A stretch of 64,000 nt of DNA from assembly GCA_964016885.1 (NCBI GenBank), contig OZ024740.1:327980001-328044000 (forward strand), in the 5' to 3' direction. Under the pieces are notes generated by a model, which saw nothing but the letters and a program-made list of their open reading frames with translations, was not told the origin of the DNA and ran no database searches. Shown piece after piece: positions 1 to 16,232 of this stretch; positions within the stretch are counted from its first letter, which is position 1, and every line of letters starts with the position of its first letter. The DNA is from Eledone cirrhosa. Lineage: Eukaryota. Position numbers and translations under genes: made by a program.

Positions 1-91
1 AAGAGGAGTTGAAATTAATGCATGCAAGATTTCCCAACCCTAGCATCACTCCTTCATAGTCAGCCTATGAACTTTTAAGCCGACCCTCATA
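1..91. mobile_element. Right end of a mariner-like MITE (same family as 16233-16426)
   Basis: Near-identical to 16337-16426; ends in TIR ...gaacttttaagccgaccctcata. Confidence 0.7.
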
Positions 92-114
92 AGTCCCCTC
101 TCTCCACGACACCG

Positions 115-166
<52 letters not shown>

Positions 167-264
167 CATTTTGAGTTTATGTTGATTGTATACCAACACC
201 TCAGTATGCAGATTGGAGCACTCGACGAAGTGCGCAGGTTGGTTTGGTTACTCCGGAGTAATGT

Positions 265-420
265 AAAATAAAGTAAAATAAATAAGTCAAATATTTAAAA
301 TTTGGGTTCGTTTATTACTGCTATATATATTTCGGTGACCTCTTCAGGCAGTCCGAATTAGTGTGGTAGAGACGAGTACACAAATTTTAAATATTTGACT
401 TATTTATTTTAGTTTATTTT
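265..420. repeat. Fold-back inverted repeat (arms 265-304 and 381-420) between (TA)n tracts
   Basis: aaaataaagtaaaataaataagtcaaatatttaaaatttg and its reverse complement, 1 mismatch. Confidence 0.85.
317..352 (-). ncRNA. Minimal type I hammerhead ribozyme
   Basis: Reverse complement reads actgc-CTGAAGA-gg tca cc-GAAA-tatata-TA-gcagt: 5-bp helix I, intact core, palindromic helix/loop III. Confidence 0.8.
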
Positions 421-423
421 ATA

Positions 424-514
<91 letters not shown>

Positions 515-986
515 TATATATATAAATAATAATAAGGTGGGCAGGATCGATATAGCCCGACACCAGAGTCTTTGCAGGCGAATAATGAACATAAAAGGTA
601 GAAAGAAACACCACAAGGCATCAAATACGACGCTTTAACAATTCCAGCAATCTAGCAATCTATCTTATTTAAATGAGATTTTCCTGACTTATGACTACAC
701 AGCTCCAGGTGTTTATCTACCAGCTTCGGTTCTCATAGTAATACGCCAGTGGAAAAAAAAAACAAAATAAAAAATAAAAACAAAAACAGAATTTCAAAGC
801 TCACTTATTTTCCTTGGGCCAACCCCAGGCCCATTAAACAAATTTCCAAGGCCTAACTGTGGGTCTAAAGATTAACGTTGAGAATCACTGACTTACACGT
901 TAATTTCACGAGCAGGCAGTTCCGTTGATTTAATCAGCTGAATCACTGGCCGTTGTATCATATAATCAAGTCGTTTTATCTATCTA

Positions 987-2979
<1,993 letters not shown>

Positions 2980-3744
2980 TTATTCATAAGACGACAGTCT
3001 AGTATAACATTTTCTCCAATTTGTCTGTTCAAATTTCCGGTCCTTTGTCTAATTTTTCCTCGATTATTCAACCAAACTTATTATCCAGTTCTCTAAACAA
3101 CAACAACAACATCAACATTGCCTCTCTTTTCTCTTCTTCCCACTACATTCTACGTCCAACACCCCTCTCCATTACAATACATGTAACCATTGTTTGTATC
3201 ACTACCGTCATCATAATCCTTTTATCATTAATATAGGTAGCAGCTACTGCACTACCATCATCACCACCATCACTATTACTAGGACCTCCCCCACCGTTAG
3301 TACCACTGCTGTCGCCACCAATAACTGTCATCACCACCGTTAATATTATTACCATCATCACGTTCACCATCACCAACAACTCCAATGATAACAGAAAGCA
3401 CCCTTAGATTGGAGCTATAATAAATCTATATACTAATGTGACCTTAATTGTTATATTTATTAAATGACCCCTAGATAACCCACTATATTCTCTTTTTCCT
3501 CGCGAATTCCTGAGTTTATTGTTTTGACATATAATGGAACTATTTTCTTGTCATCTTATATTTAAAAGCAGGAAGGCTGTGGTGTGGCCGACTCTTGTTT
3601 AGCACCAGGCTGGGAGTCATAGCCCACGCGTTCTCATCCTGACACCTGTCGGAATGTTTTTATGAATTATGCTAACAAAACTTTCAATTTCGGAGATTTG
3701 TTTTAAACTTAAGATTTTTATTTTGTAAATAAACACAGGAAATC

Positions 3745-4055
3745 ACCGCATGTCATACAAATCTTTCATAGTTTCGATGGACAAAATGGCGAATGTATTA
3801 CCCCGAAAGATGACGGAAGGTGCATGGCTTAGTAGTTAGAGCATTGGGCTTGCAATCGAAAGGTTGTGAGTTCACTTCTCGGACCGGGTGATGTGTTGTT
3901 TCTTTGAGCAAGACACTTTATTTCACGTTGCTCCTGTTTACTCAGCTGTAAAAATGAGATGATAGGACTGGGGTCTCTATCATTAAATTACCCAAGACAC
4001 CTCCAACGAGATATACCTTGGAGGAGGCCAGCTAAACCTGCATAGGTGTGAGCTG

Positions 4056-4134
<79 letters not shown>

Positions 4135-4760
4135 GATGACGGAGGTGCGCTGAAAAAGCCAGTCTAATTTATGCGACCCGTTCTTGTGGATAGCTACCTC
4201 CATGTCGAATGAAATAAGTAGGGAGGTATTTCTGTGACCCAGGACGTCAGATATTCACATCATTATCTGAGCTTACGAAATCACTACGTGTCATGCAAAA
4301 CTTTCATGGTCCCGGCGGACAAAATGGCAAATGCGTTATCCTGAAGGATGGCTATAACAAAACCTATCCACCTCGTGGGACTCGTTTTGTGCATAACTAT
4401 TTCCATTCCGAACGAAATGAATAGGGAGGTGGTCCGTGACCTTGGATGACAGAAGTTTCTACTGCTATGGGGTACGATAAGAAACCTGTCAAAGTTTATC
4501 AGTTCGTGATCATTAGCCTGTTGGGTGACGAAGCCTGAAGCTGAAGCTGATTTGACCAAGTTGCCGCATTAAAAAGTATCATTGTAGGCCATATTCTCGA
4601 TTAGGGACTCTCCCTCTCGAAACGGACATATTGCGATACCGCTCTCTTGGTCTAACTTAACCACTTTCAGTTGTGATTGAAATCGTCTTCGTCAAAACTA
4701 CGTTTAAGACCATCGTTAAAAACAGCATGGAAGTGGCCAGTGCTGAGGTGACGTGACAGT
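3745..4760 (-). mobile_element. Degraded CRE-like non-LTR retrotransposon 3' fragments
   Basis: Translated remnants IAVETS, WLFQRTS and IAILQDNAFAILS resemble the C-terminal ...QRISxAxQRGNAxxIL motif; internal duplication 3750/4290. Confidence 0.5.
3818..3985 (+). mobile_element. tRNA-derived SINE, family B (5' part)
   Basis: A-box tggcttagtagttag, B-box-like gagttcac, ttgagcaagacacttt core; homologous to 45597. Confidence 0.75.
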
Positions 4761-5346
4761 GGGTAGAAACCAAGAATATTTCCTGCAGACCCGCAATGAA
4801 ATTTGTGTTGCTCACAGATCCATAGACCAAGCCTGAGGGAATCGCCAATATGGAGCGTCGTTATCTATTACGGTACCAGTAGACCTCAAAGCTATAGCGT
4901 TCCGTTAAGCTATAGCGTTCCACAGCTATAGAGTTGAGAGGCAGAGCTGAAATATGTCTTGTACGTGTTTAGTAAGTAACTTGATTTGATACCGTGTGTT
5001 GAAACTGAAGTAATTATATCGTGGAAGAGTCATTTTAGCCATTCAAAAAATACTCGACACTGACAATTTCTCTGCAACTGTTACAATGGAACTGTGCCAA
5101 TGACCAGATTTGGCTGCTGTTTTTAACAGGTCGAATGACCATTTAGAAGCTTTCTAAATATTTAGTGCTTTTCTCTATGATGCAAGTGGCCAAGAGTATG
5201 GAATAGCATGTAGTAGACATAACATCTGAGGGAAGTTACACTAAATATGTCGAGAGTTATAAAGCCAAATATGTTAGGTGACTTTCTGAAAACACATTTT
5301 CCAGCTTAGAATTTTCAGATAGTTTTCCGAGTATTTTAGAATATAA

Positions 5347-5533
5347 TTGTTTCTACTTTTTGGCACAAGGCCAGCAATTACCCAGTGCATTACTGGTACT
5401 TTATTTTACCGACCCCGTAAGGATGAAAGGCAAAGTCAACCTCGGCGGGATTTGAACTCAGATCGTAAAGGGACGTAACTATGCTGCAAAGCATGGCATC
5501 CGACCCTCTACCGATACTGCCAATCCACCGCCT
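5347..5533 (-). mobile_element. tRNA-derived SINE, family A
   Basis: Reverse complement of family consensus; TSD tattttagaatataa at 5332-5346 and 5534-5548. Confidence 0.85.
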
Positions 5534-6472
5534 TATTTTAGAATATAATAACAACCAGAATGAGTAGCAAGTGGATATTTCTATTTCTTAGTCAGAAGGA
5601 GGGGCACTGTTCATGATGCTTTTCGGGATCTCCGATTCTGATGGACAGAAAGGTGGAAGGTACCCGCAAATCAGAAAAACGACATAGTTAACTCCGCTAA
5701 AGGAATCCAAGTAGGCTACAGTGGTATTTAAAATCAGAAAGCATACAACCGGGAGTAGTACCCCAAGGTATCCCATCCAAAGCTCGAATGATTCCACAAG
5801 TCTACCGCCCTAGACTAGTACTTTATCAACGCCGGTACGAGGAAAAGCAAATATGATCTCAACGAGATTTAAATTCATGATACACAGAGTCGCCTATATA
5901 AGATTTATAAAGCTTTCCCTTTACGTCGATTGCCACTGATGTGTAAGAAATTGGTACAGCAGCAATCAATTAGAATTTCAGGAGTATATTACCTAGTGAC
6001 GGTCTAAAACAGTATTTATTAAGGGCGTTTCTTCAGAGAAATGAACTCACCTCTGCTCACATCAAATTCCCCCTCGCCTCGTGTCTTACTAACTTATCTC
6101 ATTTTACAAATTTATTAACTGCATTTCTATTTCATGACGTAAGTGATTACTGCATTCCTCAGATTTTAATTTCTATCTTCCCTTCATGGGTAGTACTGTT
6201 TGTTCACTAGTTTTCTATTATATATGTTTCTAATGTTAGATGAATCGCCTCTTGACATCCAGGAATAAATCTGAATAAAAATACAATTACAATGACGAAG
6301 GCAGGGCTATTGGCGCAGGCATGTCTGTGTGATTTAGAAGTTCGCTTCGCAACTACTTAGTTTCAGTTTTAGTGACACTGCGTGATACCTAATACAAATG
6401 TCTTCTAATGTAGCCACGTTGTGACAAATGCCTTGTGAAGGAAATTTGGTAGACGGAAACTATGCGGAAGCT

Positions 6473-6521
<49 letters not shown>

Positions 6522-6723
6522 TGTGTGTGTGTGTGCGCGAGCACACAATTGACTGTGTATGTGTGTGCGTTCTGTCCTACTTTTTTCCAACTTTTATGGC
6601 AGTTTACACAATTTTCTCAACTAATATCTATAGTAATCAACTGTTATTGCAGTCATTTTCTGTATTTGTGATGCTCACATTTCCAAATTTCAAACTCTGC
6701 AGGCGCTTCATAAATTCATGAAG

Positions 6724-6788
<65 letters not shown>

Positions 6789-7398
6789 CGTATATGCCAA
6801 ACCCGCGCATAGTTCGACCCCAAAAGTTCTGAGGTGTAGTTCAGGTTTAGGGTTATATTCGCCGGATAAGACGACACCACCCCCAAATAACGCAGTACCA
6901 TCTCCTCAGCCCTAGATGCGCTTGCAATTCTTTATTTGCACAAAATAACACTAAATAGTTGTAAAATAAAGACTAAGACATTCCTTCTAAAATATTTCAG
7001 TCGCATGTTAGTTCTAACTCACTGAGTAAACTAGCCTAGCCTAACCTTAACGAACCTATAGTAACCTACCATATGAGCTACAGCAAGTCATTGATATTAT
7101 TATAATCTCTACGTTAAATAGACTTAACAAATATGAGATTCAGTAGGAAATAATTGTGGTGGGTTGCTTGAGTTATGGTAAGTGGTGTACAACGAGTGTT
7201 AGGCAGGCAGGTTCACATTTTATATTCGGCGGACAAGTCGACCCCTGATTTTGGTGAGATATTTTTAGGCTCCAAATGTCGACTTTTACACCGGCATTGT
7301 ATATATATATATATATATATTTCCTTCGAATGAATGTGTTCTAGTCCCGTAGAAACCATTTCTATATATGTATGTACATATATATACACACACACACA

Positions 7399-7434
<36 letters not shown>

Positions 7435-8074
7435 ATGTATGTATGTGTGTGGTATTTATGTTCCGTAACTTAGCGATCAATAAAATAAGTTCAAAACTTC
7501 AAAATAAGTTATGAAGTTGATATGAACGACTAGTATCCCAGCATAACTTCTGTCCAATCACTAAAACCTCAAAAAAAAAAAAAAGAATATAACAAAAATA
7601 TGTGATTTAGTTATTTTTAAAAAAATCTTTTTTTTTTTATTGTTTCATTAAAAAAATTATTCAAAAGACAGAAAAGCATTATATTAAAAAAATAAGACGG
7701 TAAAAATTACTTTTCTTGGCAGTAGCTTTTTTGTTGTTGAATAAATCATCATTAATGTGAATGATACGGTGTAAAGATAAATAAGAAAAATCGCTATAAA
7801 AACACAAACTGGAAAACTGAAGACACGGTAGCAGAAGATTTATAGAATATAGTTTTGTAGAATACTGCAATGTCCTGCGAAGCTCATGCATCTCTCTCAC
7901 TCTCTTTCTTTCTTTCTAATGATATTAGTGATTGCAGAAATATTGCCGCACAGTTTTTATTTGGTCAGATGTTTTTTCCAGTGATGTACCCCTATGGACA
8001 CCACAACATAGATATCGACGGGGTCGGCCGTCCAGCAAAAAAAAAAAAAAGAAAGAAAAAAAAAGCCTTATCTT

Positions 8075-8242
8075 AGACTTGTCAACTCTCCCCGTCTGAC
8101 GGGGGTGAGAAATGTCTATTCTTGTGAAAATGGGTATAGCTTTTATTATTTAAAATTTCCCCATTTTACCCCATTCCTCTCCGTTCTAGGGCACTTTTTT
8201 CATGGCACACCCCGTTTGGGCTTTTAGAGGTTGGCAGGTCTG
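8075..8242. mobile_element. MITE, about 170 bp
   Basis: TIRs agacttgtcaac / gttggcaggtct; homologous to 8588-8781. Confidence 0.6.
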
Positions 8243-8587
8243 CAATCGACCAGCGCTGTACGAATACGGGATGTTGTTGTCCAGCTAAACTTCCGAATGT
8301 TTACGCGGAATTATGATGAGTGGCGTGATCAAGTCGGACAAATCCGAAAAAAAGAATTCTATGAGAAGTTGCGAAGGTTTTTGTGGTATAACATTAACAT
8401 AAAATGGTAGAGTTCTTGTGGCATGATAACAGAGAAATAGCTTGCATTTCACTTGTAGAAACAATAAAGAAACTGGGCCAAGAGATCTTATGATGTGTCA
8501 AACATAGCAATGATATTCATCAGTTGAAGAAGGTGAGAAATAGAGAGAACAATATAGAAGCACGTTCATTAACGTAGAGAGTTATAT

Positions 8588-8781
8588 CAGACATGTCAAC
8601 TCTCCCGTCGGACGGGGAGATCTCCCATCCACTTTGGGGTGGATGGGAGACGTCTTCTCTTATGAAAATGGGTATAGCTTTCATTATGTAAAATCTCCCT
8701 ATTTTGGCTCATTTCTCCTCATTTTGGAGCCCCTTTTTTCATTGTACTTCCCGTTTGGGTTTTTAAAGATTGGTAGCTCTG
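8588..8781. mobile_element. MITE with 7-bp TSD
   Basis: Imperfect TIRs cagacatgtcaac / attggtagctctg; TSD gttatat on both sides. Confidence 0.65.
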
Positions 8782-9186
8782 GTTATATTGAAGTTGAGAG
8801 TGCTATACAGTAAATCAGGGAGCAGTATAATGTAGGTCTAAAGAGAATTATAATCTGGAGTGTGCGAATGTGGACAAATATCACATATTCCCCACTTAAA
8901 ACATTTTCAGAGCACAGGCATTGCTTGTTCAGGATCTGTTACAGGTTCGTGTGGCTGGCCGTAGCATAAAAGTGCACCATTTTCTGAAAGCTGACAAGTG
9001 ATTGCAATACTCTTAGCAAAGTTTGCAGCCATCATATACATGTATGTATGTATGTATGTATGTATGTATGTATGTATGTATGTATGTATGTATGTATGTA
9101 TGTATGTATGTATGTATGTATGTGTATTTATGTATATGTATGTATGTATATTTATATATATATGTGTGTGTATGTATATGTATGTA

Positions 9187-9220
<34 letters not shown>

Positions 9221-9410
9221 GGAGAAGAAAAAGAGGGAGAGATATCCTTTGTGAATTAGAGTAGAATGTGTTCTACACAGACATCCTGTAGTAGTTCTGT
9301 CTCATGAATTTGGATTTAGTTCAGGTTAATAACGTTATTACTGTCATTATACGTCTAATTATTGATATAAATGTGACAACCAACGGAGTGTGCAGTGAAA
9401 TACTGTTTAA

Positions 9411-9630
9411 CCCTTTAGCATTTACATTACTCTCTATAAACTATTGTAGTTTTGTGGTAAAGGCTTTATCTTACATAATATCTCACATAATATTGAAGCT
9501 ATGGGATTTTAATATTATTTATTTTGAGAACAATACTTTAACATAAGTATAAGCAGCCAGTGATGGCTGATTTGAACAGAAAGAGGTGAGAAAATTCTGG
9601 CCGGATACGGCCGGTTTAAATGCTAAAGGG
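9411..9630. mobile_element. piggyBac-like MITE
   Basis: TTAA TSD and TIRs ccctttagcattta / taaatgctaaaggg. Confidence 0.8.
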
Positions 9631-9683
9631 TTAATCAATGATCGTTGATCATGGAATATGAGTGTTATTATAATAACACTGAT

Positions 9684-9870
9684 GGCGGTGGATTAGCAGT
9701 ATCGGTAGAGGGTCGGATACCATGCTTTGAAGCAAAGAGTTACGGCCCTTGCCATTCTGAGTTCAAATCCGCCGAGGTTAACTTTGCCTTTCATCCTTAC
9801 GGGGTCGATAAAATAAAGTACCAGTAAAGTACTGGGAAATTACTGGCCTTGTTCCAAAACTAGAAACAAT
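9684..9870 (+). mobile_element. SINE family A
   Basis: A/B boxes, ttgcctttcatccttacggggtcgataaaataaagtaccag core; TSD attataataacactgatgg at 9667-9685 and 9869-9887. Confidence 0.85.
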
Positions 9871-11276
9871 TATAATAACACTGATGGTTTTGAAGATTAT
9901 ATAGAACAAATAAAACTAAACATCTGAAGTAGGAAGAGAAGAAAATGTATTGTAGAAATAGGCTTTCAAGGACATCAGTATGGCAGAAGACTTATTTCCA
10001 AATGGAAACGAGTGAGAAAATGAGTAGGTAGACAGCAGTAGCTTCCACAACAATGGTCAGTAAAGGAGCTTTGTGTGTAAAGGAATTAAAGGCAGAATGG
10101 AGCAGAGGTGATAGGAATTTGTAAATATACTTCAGTTGTAGAAGTGACGTCCGAACGAGTAGCCTCTACTACAAACTAACTTGCCCTCCGCCCCTGGGTC
10201 CCGGCCGACAGGATAGAGAATGCATTGACCCAGAGGACGGTGAGGGAGACGCGCTGAAACAGCTACCCCATCTTGCGGGGCTTGCACCTGCGGGCGGCCA
10301 ATTCCGCCCTATCTGAAAGTTTTGTCAGTGGTGGGTCATTTGTAGCACAACAGATATATTTGTAGAGCTGTGAGCAATAGTAAATACACTGGACAAGTAT
10401 TGAAATAACATTATCAATTAAATGACTAAGGCCGTGAATTAACAGAATCGTTAGAGTATCGAATAGAAAACCTGCGCCCTAAGATCAAATTCCACCGAGA
10501 TCGACTTTGTCATCCAGACTTTCTGTGTCGATAAATAAACAGGCCAGGGCGATGGACTAGCGGAATTATTAGAGCATCAGACTAAATGCTTTCCCATGTC
10601 TGTTTCGGTTCTTTGCATTTTGAGTTCAAATTATGCTTCCTACATCAGCCGCTTCGCGGTGGAATATATGTCCTCTGAGATAGTGCTAAAAATGCTAGAC
10701 CTCCAATGTCAGAGAAACCAACACATCGATTGGAGTAATATTTCAATCGCATCAATAAAATAAGTCGACTGTAGACAATGCAAGATAAATGCTAGGAGAG
10801 AAAAGACAAAACCTTAAAACATATCAGTTAAATGCGTAAATTTCAGGTATTGTAAATACCTCATATTTTCAGGTTATTAACTCCCATCTTTCGAAGTAAA
10901 GAATATTCTAATATTTACATTACGTTTCGAACAGTTCGATCTCTGATCGTCACCGGATGTATTATTCCTGGAATAATTTATATTTAAAAAATGTTCTTAG
11001 GGCGAAGGTGTGTGGCAAATTGTATGGTAATGTTGTAAATTTCATTCTCTGACCGAGTGATACATTGTATTCTTGAGCAAGACAGTTTATTGTACATTGC
11101 TCCAGTATACTCAGCCGAAACAAATGAGTACCAACAGTAACTGAGGATTACCCTTGCAGCAGATTGGAGTCCAGTTCATGATAAGAGTGTCTTTTGTACC
11201 TTCAGTCACTTAATGCCAATCGAACCGGGATAAACTCTTGCCTGATGAATTCTTTTACTTGAAACACACTTTACTC

Positions 11277-11905
11277 TACAGGGTGTTCCAAAAGACTTGT
11301 CACCTCTTGTCACATATTATTTTAGCCGAGGTTAACTTTGCCTTTCATCCTTATGGGTCGATAAAATAAAGTACCAGTAATACACTGAGTAATTGCTGGC
11401 CTTGTTCCCAAAGTAGGAACAATTATTTTAACTTTCATTATTTTTTGTTTTAAGGGCGGTGGATTGGCAGTATCGGTAGAGAGTCGGACGCCATGCTTTG
11501 CAGCATAGAGTTACGGTCATTTACGGTCTGAGTTCCCGCCGAGGTTAACTTTGTCTATCATCCTTACGGCGTCAATAAAATAAAGGAGCAGTAACGTACT
11601 CCCCCCAAATTACTGGCCTTTTGCCTATACTAGAGATCATTATTTTTTGTTTTAATAATATAATACATAATATCATTAATTATAATATATAATAATCATA
11701 ATATAATTTTCTATTTCAGAGCTCCTACAGTTTGGAAGAGAGGCTACTTGCATGTGTATGGACACATGATCGTGTGCATTCTGGCAAGAGCACTGCAAGA
11801 TTCGGCAAACCAGCTCCTCCGAAGAGGACGATACTACGACGGGAACATAAACTGTTTCTCATTACTTTTTGGTAGCCGGTGACAAGACTTCTGAACCACC
11901 CTATA
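11277..11905 (+). mobile_element. Tc1/mariner-type deletion derivative containing two nested SINE A copies (about 11325-11425 and 11453-11640)
   Basis: TIRs tacagggtgttccaaaagacttgtcacc / ggtgacaagacttctgaaccaccctata; 11722-11860 translates to SYSLEERLLACVW...RFGKPAPPKRTIL, like a transposase N-terminal HTH. Confidence 0.7.
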
Positions 11906-12343
11906 TGTATATAGCCAAGATACCTGATAACGACCGAAATATAGTATAAGTGAAAGTATAAATATTAAAAAATTTATCATTCCTAGAGGTGGGGTTGATA
12001 GTGTGAAAAATTATAATTGTTTTAACACTATCAATTGACATAAAACTCAATGTAAATTTGTTTCATTAATGTGTTACATTCCGGCATAACATTTGTCTTA
12101 TACTTTAATATGACATGTGGAGTGTGACATCAGAATAACTATCTATGGGGAAATTATTCTTTCCTCAATTATATTTTTAGATCTAAGTTACTCTTTATAG
12201 AATGGGATAATTAAAATTATCGAAGATCGGTAACGAGGAACTCCAAGTAGTGACTTACACAGACTTTAAATACATATTCTTCTTCTCTACTTTGAGTAAG
12301 GTGTCACTGCCTTACTATCAATTAACTATGTATGTATATATAA

Positions 12344-12383
<40 letters not shown>

Positions 12384-12490
12384 ATAATAATAAATGTGAA
12401 GACTAAAATCCAAAGAGGGCTCGATAAGGATAAATATGTATCAAATATATAAGAACCCTAGAGCAAATATTTATTAAAATAACAGATTAA

Positions 12491-12540
12491 AGTTTAAGCA
12501 AAGAATCGCTGCTTTCACCCTTAACGGGATCCTCTGAAAG
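12491..12540 (-). ncRNA. Hammerhead-like motif, CAGAGGA core variant
   Basis: ttt-CAGAGGA-t ccc gttaa ggg t-GAAA-gca..tgc-TT-aaa; same family as 27526 and 20107. Confidence 0.45.
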
Positions 12541-12714
12541 TACTAGCACTTGATATGTAAACATATAGGTAATTTATGTTACTTAAAAGACATGCCAACT
12601 AAGCATATATTTTCGTAGGACTCAGAGGTTTATGATGGCATCCGATTAATCTGCTACAATTAAACAGATACCTTTATGAAACTATGAGTACCTACGAAAA
12701 CATGGTTAGTTGTT

Positions 12715-12755
<41 letters not shown>

Positions 12756-12844
12756 GTATATATATATATGTATATATATATATATGTATGTATATATATA
12801 TATGTATATATATATATGTATATATATATATGTATATATATATG

Positions 12845-12892
<48 letters not shown>

Positions 12893-12906
12893 CGTATATA
12901 TATATG

Positions 12907-12940
<34 letters not shown>

Positions 12941-13042
12941 TTAGAAAATAGAATAGCTTTCACTGTATTTTTGACTAAAGAAATTTTAGGCTGATAATGG
13001 GGTTTAGAACCCTTAGATAAATACCATTACCCCCAACACATC

Positions 13043-13079
<37 letters not shown>

Positions 13080-13726
13080 GTTGAGATCTAAATTAATTAG
13101 TTTGTTACTAATATATCTAACAGTTATAAAGGCAGTATGTAACAGAAAGGAAGTTTGACACACGTAGATCATTAAACAATTTAATATGGTCACAAACGTC
13201 ATATAGTTAACAAAAATTCAATATACAAGGGTGAAATGAAATATTCCGAATCTAATATTAATCTATATTTATCAATGATTCCAATAAACGTTTATTATAC
13301 AATTTAAATCATATTTAAATTGTCGTTCAAATGTGGTGTGTGTCATACGGGTGGTTTTCTGCTAGCATGTGTAGTGTGCATATTGATATTATACACAAGT
13401 ATGCACGTAAATGCATGTAAATATGATACATCAAATAAAATCGTAATTGACAATATACACAGAAATTGAACAAAGCCTATGTTACACCGTCTTCTGTAAT
13501 CAGTAATCCATGATATATTTTTAAAAAAGACGACATTATATATAAACTGCATTAGGAGAAAATTAGCCACGGAAATATGCGATTACAAGTGTTATAATAT
13601 AACGGCCGCTAACCGGAAGTGTTGACATTTGATAATTTTAAAGAATTGAATTTTACAGATCTTTAAATAAGCTATAAAATATATTTAATCAACAGCCACG
13701 AAATTTAGCACATAAATTATGTAATT

Positions 13727-14123
13727 GGTGGATTGGCAGTATCGGTAGAGGGTCGGACACCATGCTTTGACGCATAGAGTTACGGCCCTTGCCATTCTGT
13801 GTTCAAATCCCGCCGAGGTTAACTTTGCCTTTCATCCCTACGGGGTCGATAAAATAAAGTACCAGTAATACACTGGGTAATTGCTGGCCTTGTGCCAATA
13901 GTAGAAACAATTATTTATTCAAAGTAGATTGGCAGTATCGGTAGAGGGTCGGACGCCATGCTTTGACGCATAGAGTTACGGCCTTTGCCATTCTGAGTTC
14001 AAATTCCGCCGAAGTTAACTTTGCTTTTCATCCTTACGGGGTTGATAAAATAAGGTACCAGTAATGCACTGGGTAATTGCTGGCCTTGTGCCAAACGTAG
14101 AAACAATTATTTATTCAAAGTAA
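13727..14123 (+). mobile_element. Two head-to-tail SINE A copies
   Basis: Second copy flanked by TSD aattatttattcaaagta (13909-13926, 14106-14123), which overlaps the tail of the first. Confidence 0.85.
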
Positions 14124-14206
14124 TCCAACTTATTTTACAAACGGGGTAAAAAAATATATTCTGGACGCAATCCCGCAGACCTTCCATTATTATAGTTAAG
14201 ATTGTA

Positions 14207-14396
14207 GGGCGGTGGATTGGCAGTATCGGTAGAGGGTCGAACGCCATGCTTTGACGCATAGAGTTACGGCCCTTGCCATTCTGAGTTCAAATCCCGCCAA
14301 GGTTAACTTTGCCGTTCATCGTTACAGGGTCAATAAAATAAAGTACCAGTAATACACTGGGTATTTGCTGGCCTTGTGCCAAAAGTAGAAACAATT
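14207..14396 (+). mobile_element. SINE family A, full length
   Basis: A-box tggcagtatcgg, B-box gttcaaatcc; 20-bp TSD attatagttaagattgtagg at 14189-14208 and 14394-14413. Confidence 0.9.
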
Positions 14397-16232
14397 ATAG
14401 TTAAGATTGTAGGTTAATTAAAACCTTTGGTGATTAATACTTTTAATATTGGTTTTAGAATTTCTATTTCAAAATATTCCCTAAAATAAGTTTTAGGGAA
14501 TATTTTGAAATTTACTATGAGTTTCTGTGGACGAAGGTTACATTTTTCAGAAACCAATTTAACCCTAGTGGTAAACAATAATTTGAACATCTCTATGAAG
14601 TGTATAGTAGCAAACAATAAGTATCATTTAGTATATTTAAAAGTATAAGCAATTACAAAAATTAATTTGCATAATGGCAGTCAACGGTAGACGAATCAAC
14701 TGACTAGTATTAATTTACATGTATCTTAAAATTTCCGGTATTTTCGCGCTTTCTTCTCAGAACCTTGATTTTAAAGAGACGCCATCAATTGAAGAAATAA
14801 ATAAAAATGCAGGATATTTAAAAATGTTATCCATAAAACAAATAATAATAAATAAAATGCAAATTCAAAAGTGATCAACAGGATCTATATGTCACTATGC
14901 CACTGACAAAACATTTTGATAAAGTACGTGGTAAAGCTCAACTCATCTTATTTTATTATTTATTTTTCAAAATGTTTAAGTCAACATTCTGGTGTGTCTT
15001 CGAGACCGGCAAATACGGTAACTTAATTGAACAACAAAAATAGAAATAAAGAATCAAACTGTTGATTAAGTAACCAAAGAAATAAAAGAGGAGGGACAGT
15101 GCCCATGATGCCAGGACGTTTTCAGTCCTTTCACTCTCTGACTAATGAAACTGATGCGGTTTATTTCTGTTTTAACATCGGTAGGTAGATGTTTGTAAGG
15201 AAAAAACAGCAGGTAAGCGAAGGAATTGGGAGGATTAGTGTTCTGGGGAAGAAGGAAGTTAAAAAGGAGGAACCCCATAAAATAAAGTTAAATATTTTCC
15301 CTTTTTAGTAAGTATATTTCTCCCAGTTCTGTTTACATTTTATTTTTATACCATTTGATAATAATTTTGATGTCTAATCATGTGTGGTAACATTTTAAGA
15401 AAGTAACTGATAGTCAGCCTGACAAAACCTGAGCTTAGAACGCATATATATGTAAGGCGATTGTGAGGACTTTAATAACAATGATTCTAACACAAGTGTA
15501 CATCCACAGTTTTATGGTGAGAGGAATATAGTCCATTAAATCGACTCAGTACTTCACTACTAGTTATTTGATCAATTTCAGAATTACGGAACTCTGTTCG
15601 CCGCTCTACCGACTCTCTTTCTGTCTCCCTCTTGTCTTTAGCAATATTATCTAAAAATTATTATCTGAAATATTATAAAAGTAGTAGATAAACAACCATT
15701 AGTATTAGTATTTGTGCCAGCTCAACATTTCCCTTCGTCGTTCCAGAGTTGATAAACTAAAGTGTTAGTCAAATTTCGGTGTCCATATAATCGATTAATC
15801 TCTTCCCTAAACTGTTTTGCCTTGTGCTTATGTTAGAATATTTATTTATTGCCAAGTTATCAAGTGACGCAGAGTTAGAGACAGATATTATGATGGATCC
15901 TCCTTCGGTTTCGACGGTGAGCATTGAGTTACCAGGTCATCTGAACGTTCTACTCGTTAAATGAATGTTTATGTATCTGATTATTTCACACACACACAAA
16001 TGTATATCCTCAACAATTTTTACACAGAATTAACTTTATACAATTGATACAATCTATCTGACGGGCTTCCATACATATTTTCCACGTATCAAACTTTGAT
16101 GACAAGCTCAGATCATCCTAAGGTTATGGGAAAATACGCTTGATACGCAGAATGATCGAATCTTTTACCTGTTCGACTATGCCTGAATCTATTACAGACC
16201 AATATAAATATGTTTTCATGAATGTCTATCAA

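Noticed and set aside
11710-11860. Possible host exon after tttcag acceptor
   Set aside because: Lies inside TIRs and resembles a transposase N-terminus, so it was assigned to the Tc1/mariner remnant.
13727-14413. Repeated ~190-bp units resembling an array or tRNA cluster
   Set aside because: These are SINE copies with TSDs; there is no cloverleaf and no repeat-spacer structure.
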